A stretch of 64,000 nt of DNA from Chloroflexota bacterium (GCA_021824575.1 JAKAKJ010000082.1:50211-114210), one strand, 5' to 3'; positions 17,532 through 27,077 are shown, numbered from the stretch's first letter. Program-made: numbers and translations. The notes: a model not told the origin generated them from the letters alone.

Positions 17532-17747
17532 TTATTGTTCACGCGTTTGGTTCACCGAGAGATTCGTCAGCAATTTTTGTGTGGACGACGCGATCTCACG
17601 CACCGCCGTGTCGAACGCGGCCTGATTGGCCTTGGACGGCTTTCGATATCCGCTTACTTTGCGGACGTATTGCAGCGCGGCTTCGCTGATTTCCTGTTCC
17701 GCTGCGATGTGATCTGGTAAACGCAAAACTTTAATGCTTCGACACAT
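17532..17747 (-). CDS. DUF2277-family small protein
   Basis: The family-typical N-terminus MCRSIKVLR starts at ATG 17747, preceded by AAGGA. ALQYVRKVSGYRKPSKANQAAFDTAV is present. The longer ORF-track start at 17822 was rejected. Confidence 0.7.
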   Translation of the reverse strand: MCRSIKVLRLPDHIAAEQEISEAALQYVRKVSGYRKPSKANQAAFDTAVREIASSTQKLLTNLSVNQTREQ

Positions 17748-17922
17748 ATCATTTTCCTTTATATAAGCGACCGTCATCTTCGCGGAGCACTCCCGAAGGG
17801 AGTAGGATGACGGGCACTTCATTATCGAATATGGATTGTACTTTTTGTCTCTTTACTTTTTCAACCTTGCGCCATAATGATTCATCGTTCAACGTCCGCC
17901 AGCGGCGTTCGGCCTGGATTTT

Positions 17923-18879
17923 TTATCCGCCGCTGACGCGTCCGCGCCCATTTCGTTTGGAATGGTAGACGCGTTCATCGGCAGTTTTCAGCAGTGCTTT
18001 CGGCGTATCGCCATCTTCGGGAAAGTTCGCAACGCCCGCACTGAATGAAATGCACAGCGGCGGATCACCCTTTATGGGTTCTGTGCGCGCCTGTTCCATA
18101 AGCCGCTGGATCAACGCCTGGCCGCGGACCGGGTCGGTGCCCTGCAGAATCAACACGAATTCATCGCCGCCATAACGAAAGAGCAAGTCGGTCGTGCGCA
18201 GCTCTGCCATCACGCGTTGCGCAAAGGCAACCAGAATCTCATCGCCGCGCGCATGACCATAATTGTCATTGACTTCCTTGAAGTGATCGAGATCAAGGAA
18301 AGAAAGAGAAAAACCATATTGATACAACATCGCGCGCTTGATAACTTCATGCAGGCGCTCATCAAGCGCTCGACGCGATAGCGCGCCGGTCAAATGATCG
18401 AATAACCCCGCACTATACTCGGCAGGTTGTATCTCGCGCAGACGGGCGCTGAGCAGGCGCATGATCTCGATTCCCACTCCAGGATTTTGCTGGAGAAGTT
18501 CATGGAACTCCTCGCGCGTCAACGATTTCAAATGTGTTGGCACAACAGCAGCAATGCTGGCAGTGCGCGGAATATCCTCGAGCAGGGCAATTTCGCCTAC
18601 TAATTGGCCGGGATGGCGAAAGCCAAGCAAACGCGGATTTTCCAATTCGCCTTGAAGGATGGCCAGCGCGCCGCTTTTGATCCAATAGACGCGGTCAGCG
18701 TAGTCATTTTCGCAAAGGAGAATTTCACCAGCTTCCAATTCACAATCCCTGCCGGACGTTTCCACAATCCGCGCGAATAGCTGGACGCTTTGAGACAGAT
18801 CGTTCCCCTCGGGCCTGTTTGTGTACGCGTTCTGGATTTTTGCAAAGACTTGGTTCGTCAGAGATTGAGCATTACTCAT
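17923..18879 (-). CDS. Cyclic-nucleotide-binding (CAP_ED) domain fused to a GGDEF diguanylate cyclase
   Basis: N-terminal cNMP cassette (VGEIALLEDIPRTASIAA). C-terminal DHFKEVNDNYGHARGDEIL and RYGGDEFVLIL with an intact GGDEF site. Confidence 0.85.
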   Translation of the reverse strand: MSNAQSLTNQVFAKIQNAYTNRPEGNDLSQSVQLFARIVETSGRDCELEAGEILLCENDYADRVYWIKSGALAILQGELENPRLLGFRHPGQLVGEIALLEDIPRTASIAAVVPTHLKSLTREEFHELLQQNPGVGIEIMRLLSARLREIQPAEYSAGLFDHLTGALSRRALDERLHEVIKRAMLYQYGFSLSFLDLDHFKEVNDNYGHARGDEILVAFAQRVMAELRTTDLLFRYGGDEFVLILQGTDPVRGQALIQRLMEQARTEPIKGDPPLCISFSAGVANFPEDGDTPKALLKTADERVYHSKRNGRGRVSGG

Positions 18880-18964
18880 GGATGGTCAGCCGATTTTAGC
18901 ACGGCTGGAAGCAACACGCGTTGCAAGCTGTTTGACCCTGCGAAAGTAACGCGTGAAACGTGAC

Positions 18965-19954
18965 TTACACTTTCGGCCAATCGAGCAGAAGGATTTCCGC
19001 TAACAGCCGCGCATTGACGTTGGCTTCGAGCTGCGATAAGGCTTTTTCCAAATCGGATACCACGCGCCGCGCCTCGGACAAATTGATCCGGCCCGCTAAG
19101 AATTCGATTTCCTGCACCCGGTCAATGTTTGCAATCGGCGTGGACGCGCCGCCCACGCGCAGCAACACATCGCGCCAGAATGAAAGCCATAATAAAAGAA
19201 CAGTCCGCATCCCATCTTTGTCTTTGGAAAGTTTCTCGGCATAGGAAAATTTGTCCACGCGCGTGGCGGGAAGCAATGTTTGCAGATCGCCCAGCTTTTC
19301 ATCGCGGAACGATAATGCGTTTGGGTCTTGCAGCAACCGCAGCGCATAACCCGGCCGTCCGCCGCTGACATGCGAAATGAGCCGCGCCGAGTCCTCGTTC
19401 GCGCCGCGCTCCTTTAGAAATGATTCGACGATTTCCAAAGGCAGTGGACGCAATCGCAGAACTTCGCAGCGCGAAACGATGGTCGGCAAAAGCCCTTCGG
19501 GATTGTCGGCAGTCAAAATCAAAACCGCGTACGATGGCGCTTCTTCAAGTGTTTTGAGTAACGCGTTGGCTGCGTTGTCGTTGGCTTCTTGGAAGCGGAG
19601 AAATAATGCAACGCGATATTTGGATTGATACGGCTTAAGCGTCAGTGAACGGCGCGCTTCGCGGACCTGATCCACTTTCAGCGTGCCGCCTTCGGAATCG
19701 GCTTGGATGATTGTCAAATCAGGATGCTGCATTGCTTCGATTTGTTTGCAGTCGCGGCATTTGCCGCAGGGCACGCCCGGTTCGACAGTCTGCGTGCAGT
19801 TCAAGGCTTGGGCCAAACGCAAAGCCAATGTGCGGCGTCCCACGCCCGGAGGCCCCGCGAAAAGATACGCATGGCGCGTCGCATCGTGTGCAACATGCTG
19901 GCGAAGCATATCCACAGCCCATTCGTGTCCGAGCAAACCCCAGTTGTCAGTCAT
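18965..19954 (-). CDS. holB: DNA polymerase III subunit delta'
   Basis: HAYLFAGPPGVGRRTLALRLAQALNC, zinc module CGKCRDCKQI and SRC box TIVSRCEVL. Confidence 0.85.
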   Translation of the reverse strand: MTDNWGLLGHEWAVDMLRQHVAHDATRHAYLFAGPPGVGRRTLALRLAQALNCTQTVEPGVPCGKCRDCKQIEAMQHPDLTIIQADSEGGTLKVDQVREARRSLTLKPYQSKYRVALFLRFQEANDNAANALLKTLEEAPSYAVLILTADNPEGLLPTIVSRCEVLRLRPLPLEIVESFLKERGANEDSARLISHVSGGRPGYALRLLQDPNALSFRDEKLGDLQTLLPATRVDKFSYAEKLSKDKDGMRTVLLLWLSFWRDVLLRVGGASTPIANIDRVQEIEFLAGRINLSEARRVVSDLEKALSQLEANVNARLLAEILLLDWPKV

Positions 19955-20002
19955 CGGTTTTTCAGTATTCAGGCTGAATCGTAAATCGTCAATCGGTAAT
20001 CG

Positions 20003-20911
20003 TCAATCTTGTCCCGTGCGCAATCGCAAATACGATTCATATCGTTCGGGATGAATCTTGCCTTTGTCCAATGCGGCGCGCACCGCGCAGCCCGGTTCAT
20101 GGATGTGTGTGCAATCGCTGAACTGACATTTTGCCACGAGCGGCGCAAGCTCGGGAAAATACGCATCCATCTCTTCAGGTTCGGTATCCCACAACGCCAG
20201 CGATTTCCATCCGGGCGTATCGGCAACATAACCGCCGCCATCGAGCTTGAACATCTCGCGCGTGACCGTTGTGTGCTGTCCTTTGTTGACCGCGCTGATC
20301 TCGTTGACCGCCAAACCCAATCCCGGTTGGACCCCATTGAGCAGGCTTGATTTACCTGCGCCGCTTGGCCCGGCCATCACGCTGATTTTGCCAATCAATT
20401 GTGATTTGAGTTCGTCCACGCCTTTGCCATTTTTTGCTGATGTATAAATCACGCGATAACCAAGCGGCCCATAAAAACCAAAAATCTTTTTTGCTTCTCT
20501 CAAACCGATCAAATCAATTTTGTTCGCGACGATGACGGCGGGCACGCGCTGTTTTTCTGCGATGACGAGATAGCGGTCGAGCATTCGCAATTTTGGATCC
20601 GGTTGTGCGCAGGCGAAGACAAACACAGCCTGATCGGGATTCGCCAACAGAATTTGTTGGTACGCGCCTTGCGGTCTCGGGTCGAGCCGGACGATGGCCT
20701 GCTTCCGTTCTTCGACCTCATCTATCATCCCGGAGCCATCTTCCAAAACCGTAATGCGGACGCGGTCTCCCAGCGCAGCGATATCGCCGGTGGCTTTGCC
20801 TCGTTTGAGTTTGCCGCGCAGTTGACAAATGACGAGGCCCTCTCCAGTCTCGACTGTAAAGAAACCGGATTGGGCCTTGATGATCAAACCTTGTCGAATT
20901 GTTTGCGTCAC
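20003..20911 (-). CDS. rsgA: Ribosome small-subunit-dependent GTPase A
   Basis: OB fold followed by a circularly permuted GTPase (VANKIDL ... GPSGAGKSSLLN) and zinc knuckle CQFSDCTHIHEPGCAV. Confidence 0.9.
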   Translation of the reverse strand: MTQTIRQGLIIKAQSGFFTVETGEGLVICQLRGKLKRGKATGDIAALGDRVRITVLEDGSGMIDEVEERKQAIVRLDPRPQGAYQQILLANPDQAVFVFACAQPDPKLRMLDRYLVIAEKQRVPAVIVANKIDLIGLREAKKIFGFYGPLGYRVIYTSAKNGKGVDELKSQLIGKISVMAGPSGAGKSSLLNGVQPGLGLAVNEISAVNKGQHTTVTREMFKLDGGGYVADTPGWKSLALWDTEPEEMDAYFPELAPLVAKCQFSDCTHIHEPGCAVRAALDKGKIHPERYESYLRLRTGQD

Positions 20912-20918
20912 CGCGTAT

Positions 20919-23204
20919 TTATGGAACTGGAGTAGGCTGATTGTTTCCGCCTTTTGGCCGCGGCGTCCTCGTTGGGATGCCGCCTATAGGCGTGGGCGTA
21001 TATGGATTCCCAATCGGGCCAAACCACGGCTGCGCCTGCGGGCTACCATAATAATAAGTTTCCACCATGGCGCGAAAAATCGGAGCGGCATAGTCGGCAC
21101 CTTCGCCCGCATTTTCCATGATGACTGCAATGGCAATGTCCGGTTTGCCGGAATTCTGCGCGTCGTTGGTGTAGCCCGCGAACCACGCGTCCGGTTCCAG
21201 TCCCGGACCGGTTTGCGCGGTTCCCGTTTTGCCGCCCATTGGAATATTGAGACCGAGCATCGCATAATAGCCCGTGCCAAGCGGGTTGGTCATCACCCAA
21301 TTCATTGCTTCTTGTATCGCCGCAAGATTGTCTGAACGCACCGGGAGCGTGCCTTGCGCGTTCGGCTTGAACGTCTGGATGGGGCTGCCATCTGCCGGCT
21401 GGACTTTTTCAACGAGTTGAGGCTGATAAAGCGTTCCGCCATTTCCAACTGCCGCGACGAATCGCGCGACTTGCAGTGGTGTCACCGTCACATCGCCCTG
21501 ACCAATCACCTGGTTGGTTGCCTGCAGTAAAGTGGTCGGCACGGAAATGCTGCCTGTTGCCTCGGCGATATCATCAATGCCGGTCGGCGAGCCAATGCCA
21601 AAGGCGTGCGCCATGTTGGTAATATCGCCAGCGCGGTTGTTGTTGAACAGGTCAACGCTGATGTGCCAGAAATACGGATCGCAAGAGCGCATAAGTCCCT
21701 GCTGCAGGGTGATCAAGCCAGACGGCGTAGTAGATGGATCGTTACACTGCTTTCCAGCTTTCAACGCGTTCTGGCAGAATTCCCATGTCCAATCATTTAG
21801 AGTGATTCCGTTCAGTTCAGTGAAATGGTACTGGCAATCGTATGTGGTTTTAGGCTCGTATAAACCGCTTTCCAACGCGGCGGCCATCGCAATGATCTTG
21901 AACACGGATCCAAGCGGATACTGTCCCTGCGCGGCGCGGTTGACCAATGGCTGGTTGGTGTCATTAAGTAAGTTGTTGATCAGGTAGCTGTTATTGAAAT
22001 TATTGGCATCGAACGCGTTCGGATCGAATTCCGGCGAGGATGCCATGGCCAGCACGCGGCCTGTGTTGCGCTCCAGCACAACAATTGCGCCGTTGTATCC
22101 GGTCAATGCTTGCTGCGCCCAGTATTGCATGTTTTCGTCAATGGTCAGGTAAACCGAGTCGGCGGCCTGCGGATTTGCAGCCGCGATTTGTTTTACGATC
22201 TGGCCGTTCGGGTCCACCACGTAAAGCGTCCCGCCATGCTTTCCAGCCAGGTACGACTCCATTGATTTTTCAATGCCGGATTGCCCAACGCTTTCCGTGC
22301 CGCGATAGCCCATGCGCCGGTATTGATCGAGCTGCTGCGGCTGGATCAGTTGGGTATAACCTACGACCTGCGGCGCAATGCCGCTGTCGAAATAGAAACG
22401 CGAGTTATAGGGTGTGGCTTGCAGGCCCCCAATTCCCAGGTTCAGAGCGGCTTTTGCCTGATCCGCACTGACCTCGCAGATGCCCACATACCAATCCGGC
22501 GCAGCATTGGCATACAAAGCTTTGATCTCATCTGGCGGCATGCCGCATACCTTCGAAAGTTCCGTGTCCAGCACCGCCTCGGATTTGGCGCCGATCTGTC
22601 CCGGCACGACGCCCAGCGCGTACGCGTCGGATTGGGCCACGATGGGCTTCCCGTTCTGATCATAGATATCGCCGCGCGCAGGGATTTGGTAATCCGTTTT
22701 CAAGACATCCCCGTTTGCCATTTCGGGCAGGATCAGGTTATTGTTCCACTCGACGCGCCATTCGCCATTCTCGTTTTTCAGGTTTGCCGAAAATTCCCGC
22801 TGAATGTCGCCGAATAACGCGGTGTGATATGTGATGCCATATCCGACCAGTGCCGTATCGGGATGAAGAGTTTCGGTATGGACTTCGTAATCCAGTTTCT
22901 CCACGCCCATCGCATCAAGGGCATCATTATATTGCTTGGCGAAGGCATCCTGGGTAAGAGCCGCTTTGCTGTCACTGGCAAGCAAGGCGTACATCGAAGC
23001 GAAATCATTGGTCTTGAGCGCCTCGAGGAAATTCGTGATGGCAATGCGCGCGTCCGGCGCGTGCGTCACAGACACGCGCGCGGTGGGCAGCGGCGTGGGA
23101 CTGGGAAAAACCCCGAAGATGCCGGAGCCGCCTCCGCCCGATTTTGGCGCGCAGGCACTCAGGAAGACCAACAAGAGGATCAGAAGCCATCGAATCAATT
23201 TCAT
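20919..23204 (-). CDS. Penicillin-binding protein 2-type D,D-transpeptidase with N-terminal NTF2/MecA_N-like domain (lipoprotein)
   Basis: Signal/lipobox LLVFLSAC. Transpeptidase motifs GSVFK (SxxK) and GGKTGTAQ (KTG). NTF2-like N-terminal region. Confidence 0.85.
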   Translation of the reverse strand: MKLIRWLLILLLVFLSACAPKSGGGGSGIFGVFPSPTPLPTARVSVTHAPDARIAITNFLEALKTNDFASMYALLASDSKAALTQDAFAKQYNDALDAMGVEKLDYEVHTETLHPDTALVGYGITYHTALFGDIQREFSANLKNENGEWRVEWNNNLILPEMANGDVLKTDYQIPARGDIYDQNGKPIVAQSDAYALGVVPGQIGAKSEAVLDTELSKVCGMPPDEIKALYANAAPDWYVGICEVSADQAKAALNLGIGGLQATPYNSRFYFDSGIAPQVVGYTQLIQPQQLDQYRRMGYRGTESVGQSGIEKSMESYLAGKHGGTLYVVDPNGQIVKQIAAANPQAADSVYLTIDENMQYWAQQALTGYNGAIVVLERNTGRVLAMASSPEFDPNAFDANNFNNSYLINNLLNDTNQPLVNRAAQGQYPLGSVFKIIAMAAALESGLYEPKTTYDCQYHFTELNGITLNDWTWEFCQNALKAGKQCNDPSTTPSGLITLQQGLMRSCDPYFWHISVDLFNNNRAGDITNMAHAFGIGSPTGIDDIAEATGSISVPTTLLQATNQVIGQGDVTVTPLQVARFVAAVGNGGTLYQPQLVEKVQPADGSPIQTFKPNAQGTLPVRSDNLAAIQEAMNWVMTNPLGTGYYAMLGLNIPMGGKTGTAQTGPGLEPDAWFAGYTNDAQNSGKPDIAIAVIMENAGEGADYAAPIFRAMVETYYYGSPQAQPWFGPIGNPYTPTPIGGIPTRTPRPKGGNNQPTPVP

Positions 23205-23215
23205 TCATTCACCTT

Positions 23216-23887
23216 TTATCCGGCTTGTTCGCCGTTCAAAATTCGCTGCGATACCGGGCATGGATAGTGCAAATGGTTTTGGCAATTAGCCGGGACGTCG
23301 CCGTTTGGCGTGACATCCAATTTGTGAAGGACGCGCACCAGATGACACATCGGCAGTCCCATGACCGAGGCAAAACATCCACTAAAATTTTCAACCGGTT
23401 GAAATTGCGGATGCTGAATGGCGTAGGCGCCCGCTTTATCGAGCGGATCGCCAGTTCTCACATACGCATTGACTTCCTCGTCACTGTAGTTTCGCATCGG
23501 AACATCAGTAACGCACAAATCTTTGATCAGCCTTCCATCGCCTATTTTCAGAACGGCCAGCCCCGTGTACACCTGGTGCTTGTGCCCGCGCAAACGTTTG
23601 AGCATTTGAATCGCTTCGGCTTGATCGAGCGGCTTGCCGAGAATTTTGTTTCCGTCAACAACGGTGGTATCTGCGGCAACGATGATCTGATCGGGTTGTG
23701 CCTTTTTCTCCGCGGCGCGCGCTTTTGATTCGGCCAATCTCAAAACGTAATCAGCAGGCGATTCGCCTGCGCGTTCGCTTTCGTCCACATCCGAGATGGA
23801 AACGGTAAATGTCCAGTTCCCAAGTGCGATCAATTCCTTCCGGCGCGGCGAATTGGATGCCAATAAAATCAAAGCTTGTTCATTCAC
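23216..23887 (-). CDS. maf: Maf-family nucleoside-triphosphate pyrophosphatase with Cys-containing C-terminal extension
   Basis: LILASNSPRRKELI, VVAADTVV-like core and GAYAIQ. About 45 extra C-terminal residues contain 4 Cys. Confidence 0.85.
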   Translation of the reverse strand: MNEQALILLASNSPRRKELIALGNWTFTVSISDVDESERAGESPADYVLRLAESKARAAEKKAQPDQIIVAADTTVVDGNKILGKPLDQAEAIQMLKRLRGHKHQVYTGLAVLKIGDGRLIKDLCVTDVPMRNYSDEEVNAYVRTGDPLDKAGAYAIQHPQFQPVENFSGCFASVMGLPMCHLVRVLHKLDVTPNGDVPANCQNHLHYPCPVSQRILNGEQAG

Positions 23888-24018
23888 GGATAAATTCTAA
23901 CACAGTCATTCGATGAGGCTTTAAGGCGGGATTCATGTGTGCTGGCGGGCTGTTTGCGAGTGTTGTACAATTCGGGATGTCTAGACGGCGACAGAATAAA
24001 AAATTATTTGGAGGTCAT

Positions 24019-24591
24019 GTGAAAGAACTTCAAGAACGGATTCTGCGTGAGGGCCAAATTCTCGGCAATGGAATTTTGAAAGTGGATAGTTTTGTCAACC
24101 ATCAAGTGGACGCGGCGTTGATGGATTTATGTGGCAGGGAATTTGCGCGGCGCTTTGCGCATCTGGGCGCGACGAAAGTGCTGACCGCCGAAATCTCCGG
24201 CATCGCACCCGCGCTGACAACGGCGCTTCATCTCGGACTGCCGGTTGTGTACGCGCGAAAAACAAAGCCGATCACCATGCCCGATCAAGTCTATCTCACG
24301 CTTGCGCCTTCGCATACAAAGGGCCGCATGGTGGAATTGATCATCTCGCCCGAATATCTTGCCAACCACGAAAGGGTTCTCATCATTGACGATTTCCTCG
24401 CGTCCGGCGCGACGATTCTTGGACTCGTCCGACTCGCGGAAGCCGCGGGCGCTACAATCGTCGGCATCGGCGCGTTGATCGAGAAGACTTTCGAAGGCGG
24501 ACGCGATGCGTTGAAGCACCTGAATCTTCCGGTTGAATCATTGGCATCCATCACATCGCTGGACGATAATAAGATCACGTTTGCAGATTGA
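24019..24591 (+). CDS. xpt: Xanthine phosphoribosyltransferase
   Basis: Xpt-typical N-terminus (V)KELQERILREGQILGNGILKVDSFVNHQVD starts at GTG 24019, 4 nt after GGAGG. PRPP loop VLIIDDFLASGAT. The ORF-track start at 23935 was rejected. Confidence 0.85.
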   Translation: MKELQERILREGQILGNGILKVDSFVNHQVDAALMDLCGREFARRFAHLGATKVLTAEISGIAPALTTALHLGLPVVYARKTKPITMPDQVYLTLAPSHTKGRMVELIISPEYLANHERVLIIDDFLASGATILGLVRLAEAAGATIVGIGALIEKTFEGGRDALKHLNLPVESLASITSLDDNKITFAD

Positions 24592-24965
24592 TGCAACGAA
24601 TTCTTCGTCTACCGCCTCTTTCCCGGACGATCGGCTGGATCTTCGCTAAAATGAGTTTTATCCTGCCTGTAAATCGCCTCCGCGAAACGGACACATTGCT
24701 CGCGTTTTATCATCCGAAGCCCGCGTATCCGTTTCATGTTTTGATCGTTCCGAAGAAGGCTGTTCAAAATTTGGCGGGCCTCGATACAAATGATTCTGCG
24801 TTTCTCACAGATTTATTTTCCGTTGTTCAAAACATTGTCGAAGAATTTCATCTTTCTGCATATCGGTTAATCGTCAACGGTGGAGAATATCAGGATTTTC
24901 CCCAATTGCATTTTCATCTGATATCAAATGTAGGGGCGGATGACCATCCGCCCTTACGGGATTAA
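24591..24965 (+). CDS. HIT-superfamily protein with degenerate triad; C-terminus encoded by a REP-like hairpin
   Basis: [19 protein letters not shown] ... QLHFHLIS. The start ATG overlaps the xpt TGA (TGATG). The last ~12 codons lie in the palindrome at 24930-24957. Confidence 0.7.
   Translation: MQRILRLPPLSRTIGWIFAKMSFILPVNRLRETDTLLAFYHPKPAYPFHVLIVPKKAVQNLAGLDTNDSAFLTDLFSVVQNIVEEFHLSAYRLIVNGGEYQDFPQLHFHLISNVGADDHPPLRD
24930..24957. repeat. REP-like palindrome GTAGGGGCGGA-N6-TCCGCCCTTAC (family 1 variant)
   Basis: An 11-bp stem with one mismatch. It shares the GTAGGGGC...GCCC(C/T)TAC ends with the copies at 53087 and 57446. Confidence 0.7.
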
Positions 24966-24967
24966 TT

Positions 24968-26503
24968 ATGAACTCGATAGCAATCCTCGATTTTGGTTCT
25001 CAATATGCTCAACTCATCGCGCGGCGCGTTCGTGAAGCGCATGTCTATTGTGAGTTGTTCCCGTGGGACGCGCCCGCGGAAAAGGTTTTAGCCATCCATC
25101 CCAAAGGCTTCATTCTTTCCGGCGGACCGAAATCGGCTTATGAACCGAACGCGCCATATATTCAAAAATATATTTTCGATTCGGGCTTGCCCATTCTCGG
25201 AATTTGTTATGGAATGCAGGCTTTGACTCATGCCCTCGGCGGTCAAGTGGACGCTTCTGCCCGTCGAGAATATGGCACTGCCGACATAAGCCCCCTGGTC
25301 TCTAGTCCCCTGGTCTCTAATCTCTCACGCGTCTGGATGTCGCACGGCGACCGGATTACCCGCATGCCCGAAGGTTTCATTGCGCTCGCTACAAGCGGAA
25401 ACAGTCCGTTCGCGGCGATGGGCGATATGCAAAGAAAATATTTCGGTGTGCAATTTCATCCCGAAGTCAAGCATACGCCGAATGGCGCAGCAGTCATCAA
25501 ACATTTTGCGGTTGACATTTGCGGAGCAGCGCCTGATTGGACCCCAGCATCCATCATCGAAGATTCGATTGTCCGCATTCGCCAGCAAGTTGGAAAAGAA
25601 CGCGTGCTGGCCGCAGTCAGCGGCGGCGTGGATTCGTCGGTGGCGGCGGCACTGGTTCATAAAGCTATCGGCGATCAATTGGTCGCCGTATTTGTGGACA
25701 CTGGTTTGTTGCGCCAGGGCGAACCTGAACAAGTTGTTTCTACTTTTCGCGAGAAGATGCATGCGGAATTGATTGCGGTAGATGCCAGCGCTGAATTTAT
25801 TGGTGCGCTGAAAGGTGCCACCGAGCCGGAACAAAAGCGAAAAATCGTCGGTGAGAAATTTATTCGCATCTTTGAAGGACAAGCCAAACAACTCGGATCG
25901 CCAAAATTTTTAGTGCAGGGAACAATTTATCCCGATGTGGTCGAATCGTCCGCGCCGGATCGCAGTAAAGCCGAACGAATCAAAACGCATCACAACGTCG
26001 GCGGATTGCCGGAGGATATGCAGTTCGATCTGGTCGAGCCGCTGAGATATTTGTTCAAGGATGAAGTGCGCGCAGTCGGTGAAGCGCTCGGGCTGCCGGA
26101 AGCGATGGTTTGGCGGCAGCCGTTTCCAGGTCCGGGATTGAGCGTGCGCTGCCTTGGCGAAGTCACGCACGAACGGCTGGATCGTCTGCGCGCCGCGGAT
26201 GCCATCTTCCAGGAAGAATTGTCTCATGCCGGTTTGATCGGCAAGGGTGCGGATTTGTCGCAGGCGTTTGTTGTTCTATTGCCGGTGAATTCCGTTGGCG
26301 TAATGGGCGACCAGCGCACCTATCAGGAGGTCGCCGCCATCCGCGCCGTGACCACAGAAGATTTCATGACCGCGGATTGGGCGCGCCTGCCGAATGATCT
26401 TCTGGCAAAAATTTCCAGTCGTATTGTCAACGAAGTCCACGGAATCAATAGAGTGGTGTATGATATTACGAGCAAGCCGCCCGCTACGATTGAATGGGAA
26501 TAG
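24968..26503 (+). CDS. guaA: GMP synthase (glutamine-hydrolysing)
   Basis: GATase domain (GICYGMQ, HPE), ATP-PPase P-loop SGGVDSSV and C-terminal dimerisation domain ending IEWE. Confidence 0.95.
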   Translation: MNSIAILDFGSQYAQLIARRVREAHVYCELFPWDAPAEKVLAIHPKGFILSGGPKSAYEPNAPYIQKYIFDSGLPILGICYGMQALTHALGGQVDASARREYGTADISPLVSSPLVSNLSRVWMSHGDRITRMPEGFIALATSGNSPFAAMGDMQRKYFGVQFHPEVKHTPNGAAVIKHFAVDICGAAPDWTPASIIEDSIVRIRQQVGKERVLAAVSGGVDSSVAAALVHKAIGDQLVAVFVDTGLLRQGEPEQVVSTFREKMHAELIAVDASAEFIGALKGATEPEQKRKIVGEKFIRIFEGQAKQLGSPKFLVQGTIYPDVVESSAPDRSKAERIKTHHNVGGLPEDMQFDLVEPLRYLFKDEVRAVGEALGLPEAMVWRQPFPGPGLSVRCLGEVTHERLDRLRAADAIFQEELSHAGLIGKGADLSQAFVVLLPVNSVGVMGDQRTYQEVAAIRAVTTEDFMTADWARLPNDLLAKISSRIVNEVHGINRVVYDITSKPPATIEWE

Positions 26504-26524
26504 GCTGTTTTACCTCGATTTCAT

Positions 26525-26573
26525 CCACAGATTTCGCTGATTACACAGATTAAAAAATCAGCAAAATCTGTGG
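26525..26573. repeat. Long hairpin (18-bp stem, 1 mismatch) downstream of guaA (REP-like family 3)
   Basis: CCACAGATTTCGCTGATT (26525-26542) pairs with AATCAGCAAAATCTGTGG (26556-26573). No T-run follows. Confidence 0.7.
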
Positions 26574-26628
26574 AATGCTCTTTCGAGTACGATGTCTGCG
26601 GATTAGTATTAATGACTGGAGATAAAGT

Positions 26629-27045
26629 ATGACCAACCAAATTGAGCCGCGCCAGCCTCGATTGAAAATCAATCGCAGTCCGATTCCGTCTGCACCCGTG
26701 CATCCGCTCTCGGCGCTGGCCACAATTTTGCTCGATAATGTTTTTGGCGCAGTGGAGATCGTTGATCCGTTGTTGATTCTCCTGACCGGTCTTACCGTTG
26801 GAGTTGTCAACACAGTGACGGTTACCCTCGTGCAACGTTATCTCGCCAAGGATGATTGGGGACCGTCGGTTGCCAAAGGATTGGTAATGGGTGTCATCGC
26901 GGGCGTGCCTTTTTCAGTCAGCGGCACGGCGGTCGGCGGATTGCTGCTGGCATGGGCTGGGGCGCATGAATGGATCAAACTGCCATCCTCGACAGACGGA
27001 TCAAGCAGCGACGATAATGAGATCATTGACGTGAATCCGAAATAA
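26629..27045 (+). CDS. Hypothetical small membrane protein
   Basis: 138 aa with 3 predicted hydrophobic segments and an acidic S/D-rich tail. No family recognised. Confidence 0.55.
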   Translation: MTNQIEPRQPRLKINRSPIPSAPVHPLSALATILLDNVFGAVEIVDPLLILLTGLTVGVVNTVTVTLVQRYLAKDDWGPSVAKGLVMGVIAGVPFSVSGTAVGGLLLAWAGAHEWIKLPSSTDGSSSDDNEIIDVNPK

Positions 27046-27077
27046 CTCAAGAAATCAACGAACCCGGTGGAGGGACC

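Noticed and set aside
17331-17720. 129-aa plus-strand ORF between the giant gene and the DUF2277 gene
   Set aside because: It covers the adhesin leader, a terminator hairpin and the antisense of the DUF2277 gene. It has no coding signal.
17769-17815. Nested hairpin (CCGTCATC...GATGACGG with inner CTCCC-GAA-GGGAG) between the GGDEF and DUF2277 genes
   Set aside because: It is probably just the terminator or 5'-UTR structure between two co-directional genes. I recognised no riboswitch core, so it is noted but not called.
23144-23728. 194-aa plus-strand ORF
   Set aside because: It is antisense to maf.
23935-24018. ORF-track N-terminal extensions (xpt from 23935, peptidase from 43358, rsmG from 50471, plsY to 31647, DUF2277 to 17822, SIMPL from 35447, DUF4349 from 49579)
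   Set aside because: The family-typical N-termini and ribosome-binding sites occur at internal starts. The extensions run through intergenic repeats or the ends of upstream genes.
23888-24018. Possible purine riboswitch upstream of xpt
   Set aside because: I read both strands and found no conserved purine-aptamer core (the ...UAUAAU...CUACC... architecture). There is only a short leader with GGAGG.
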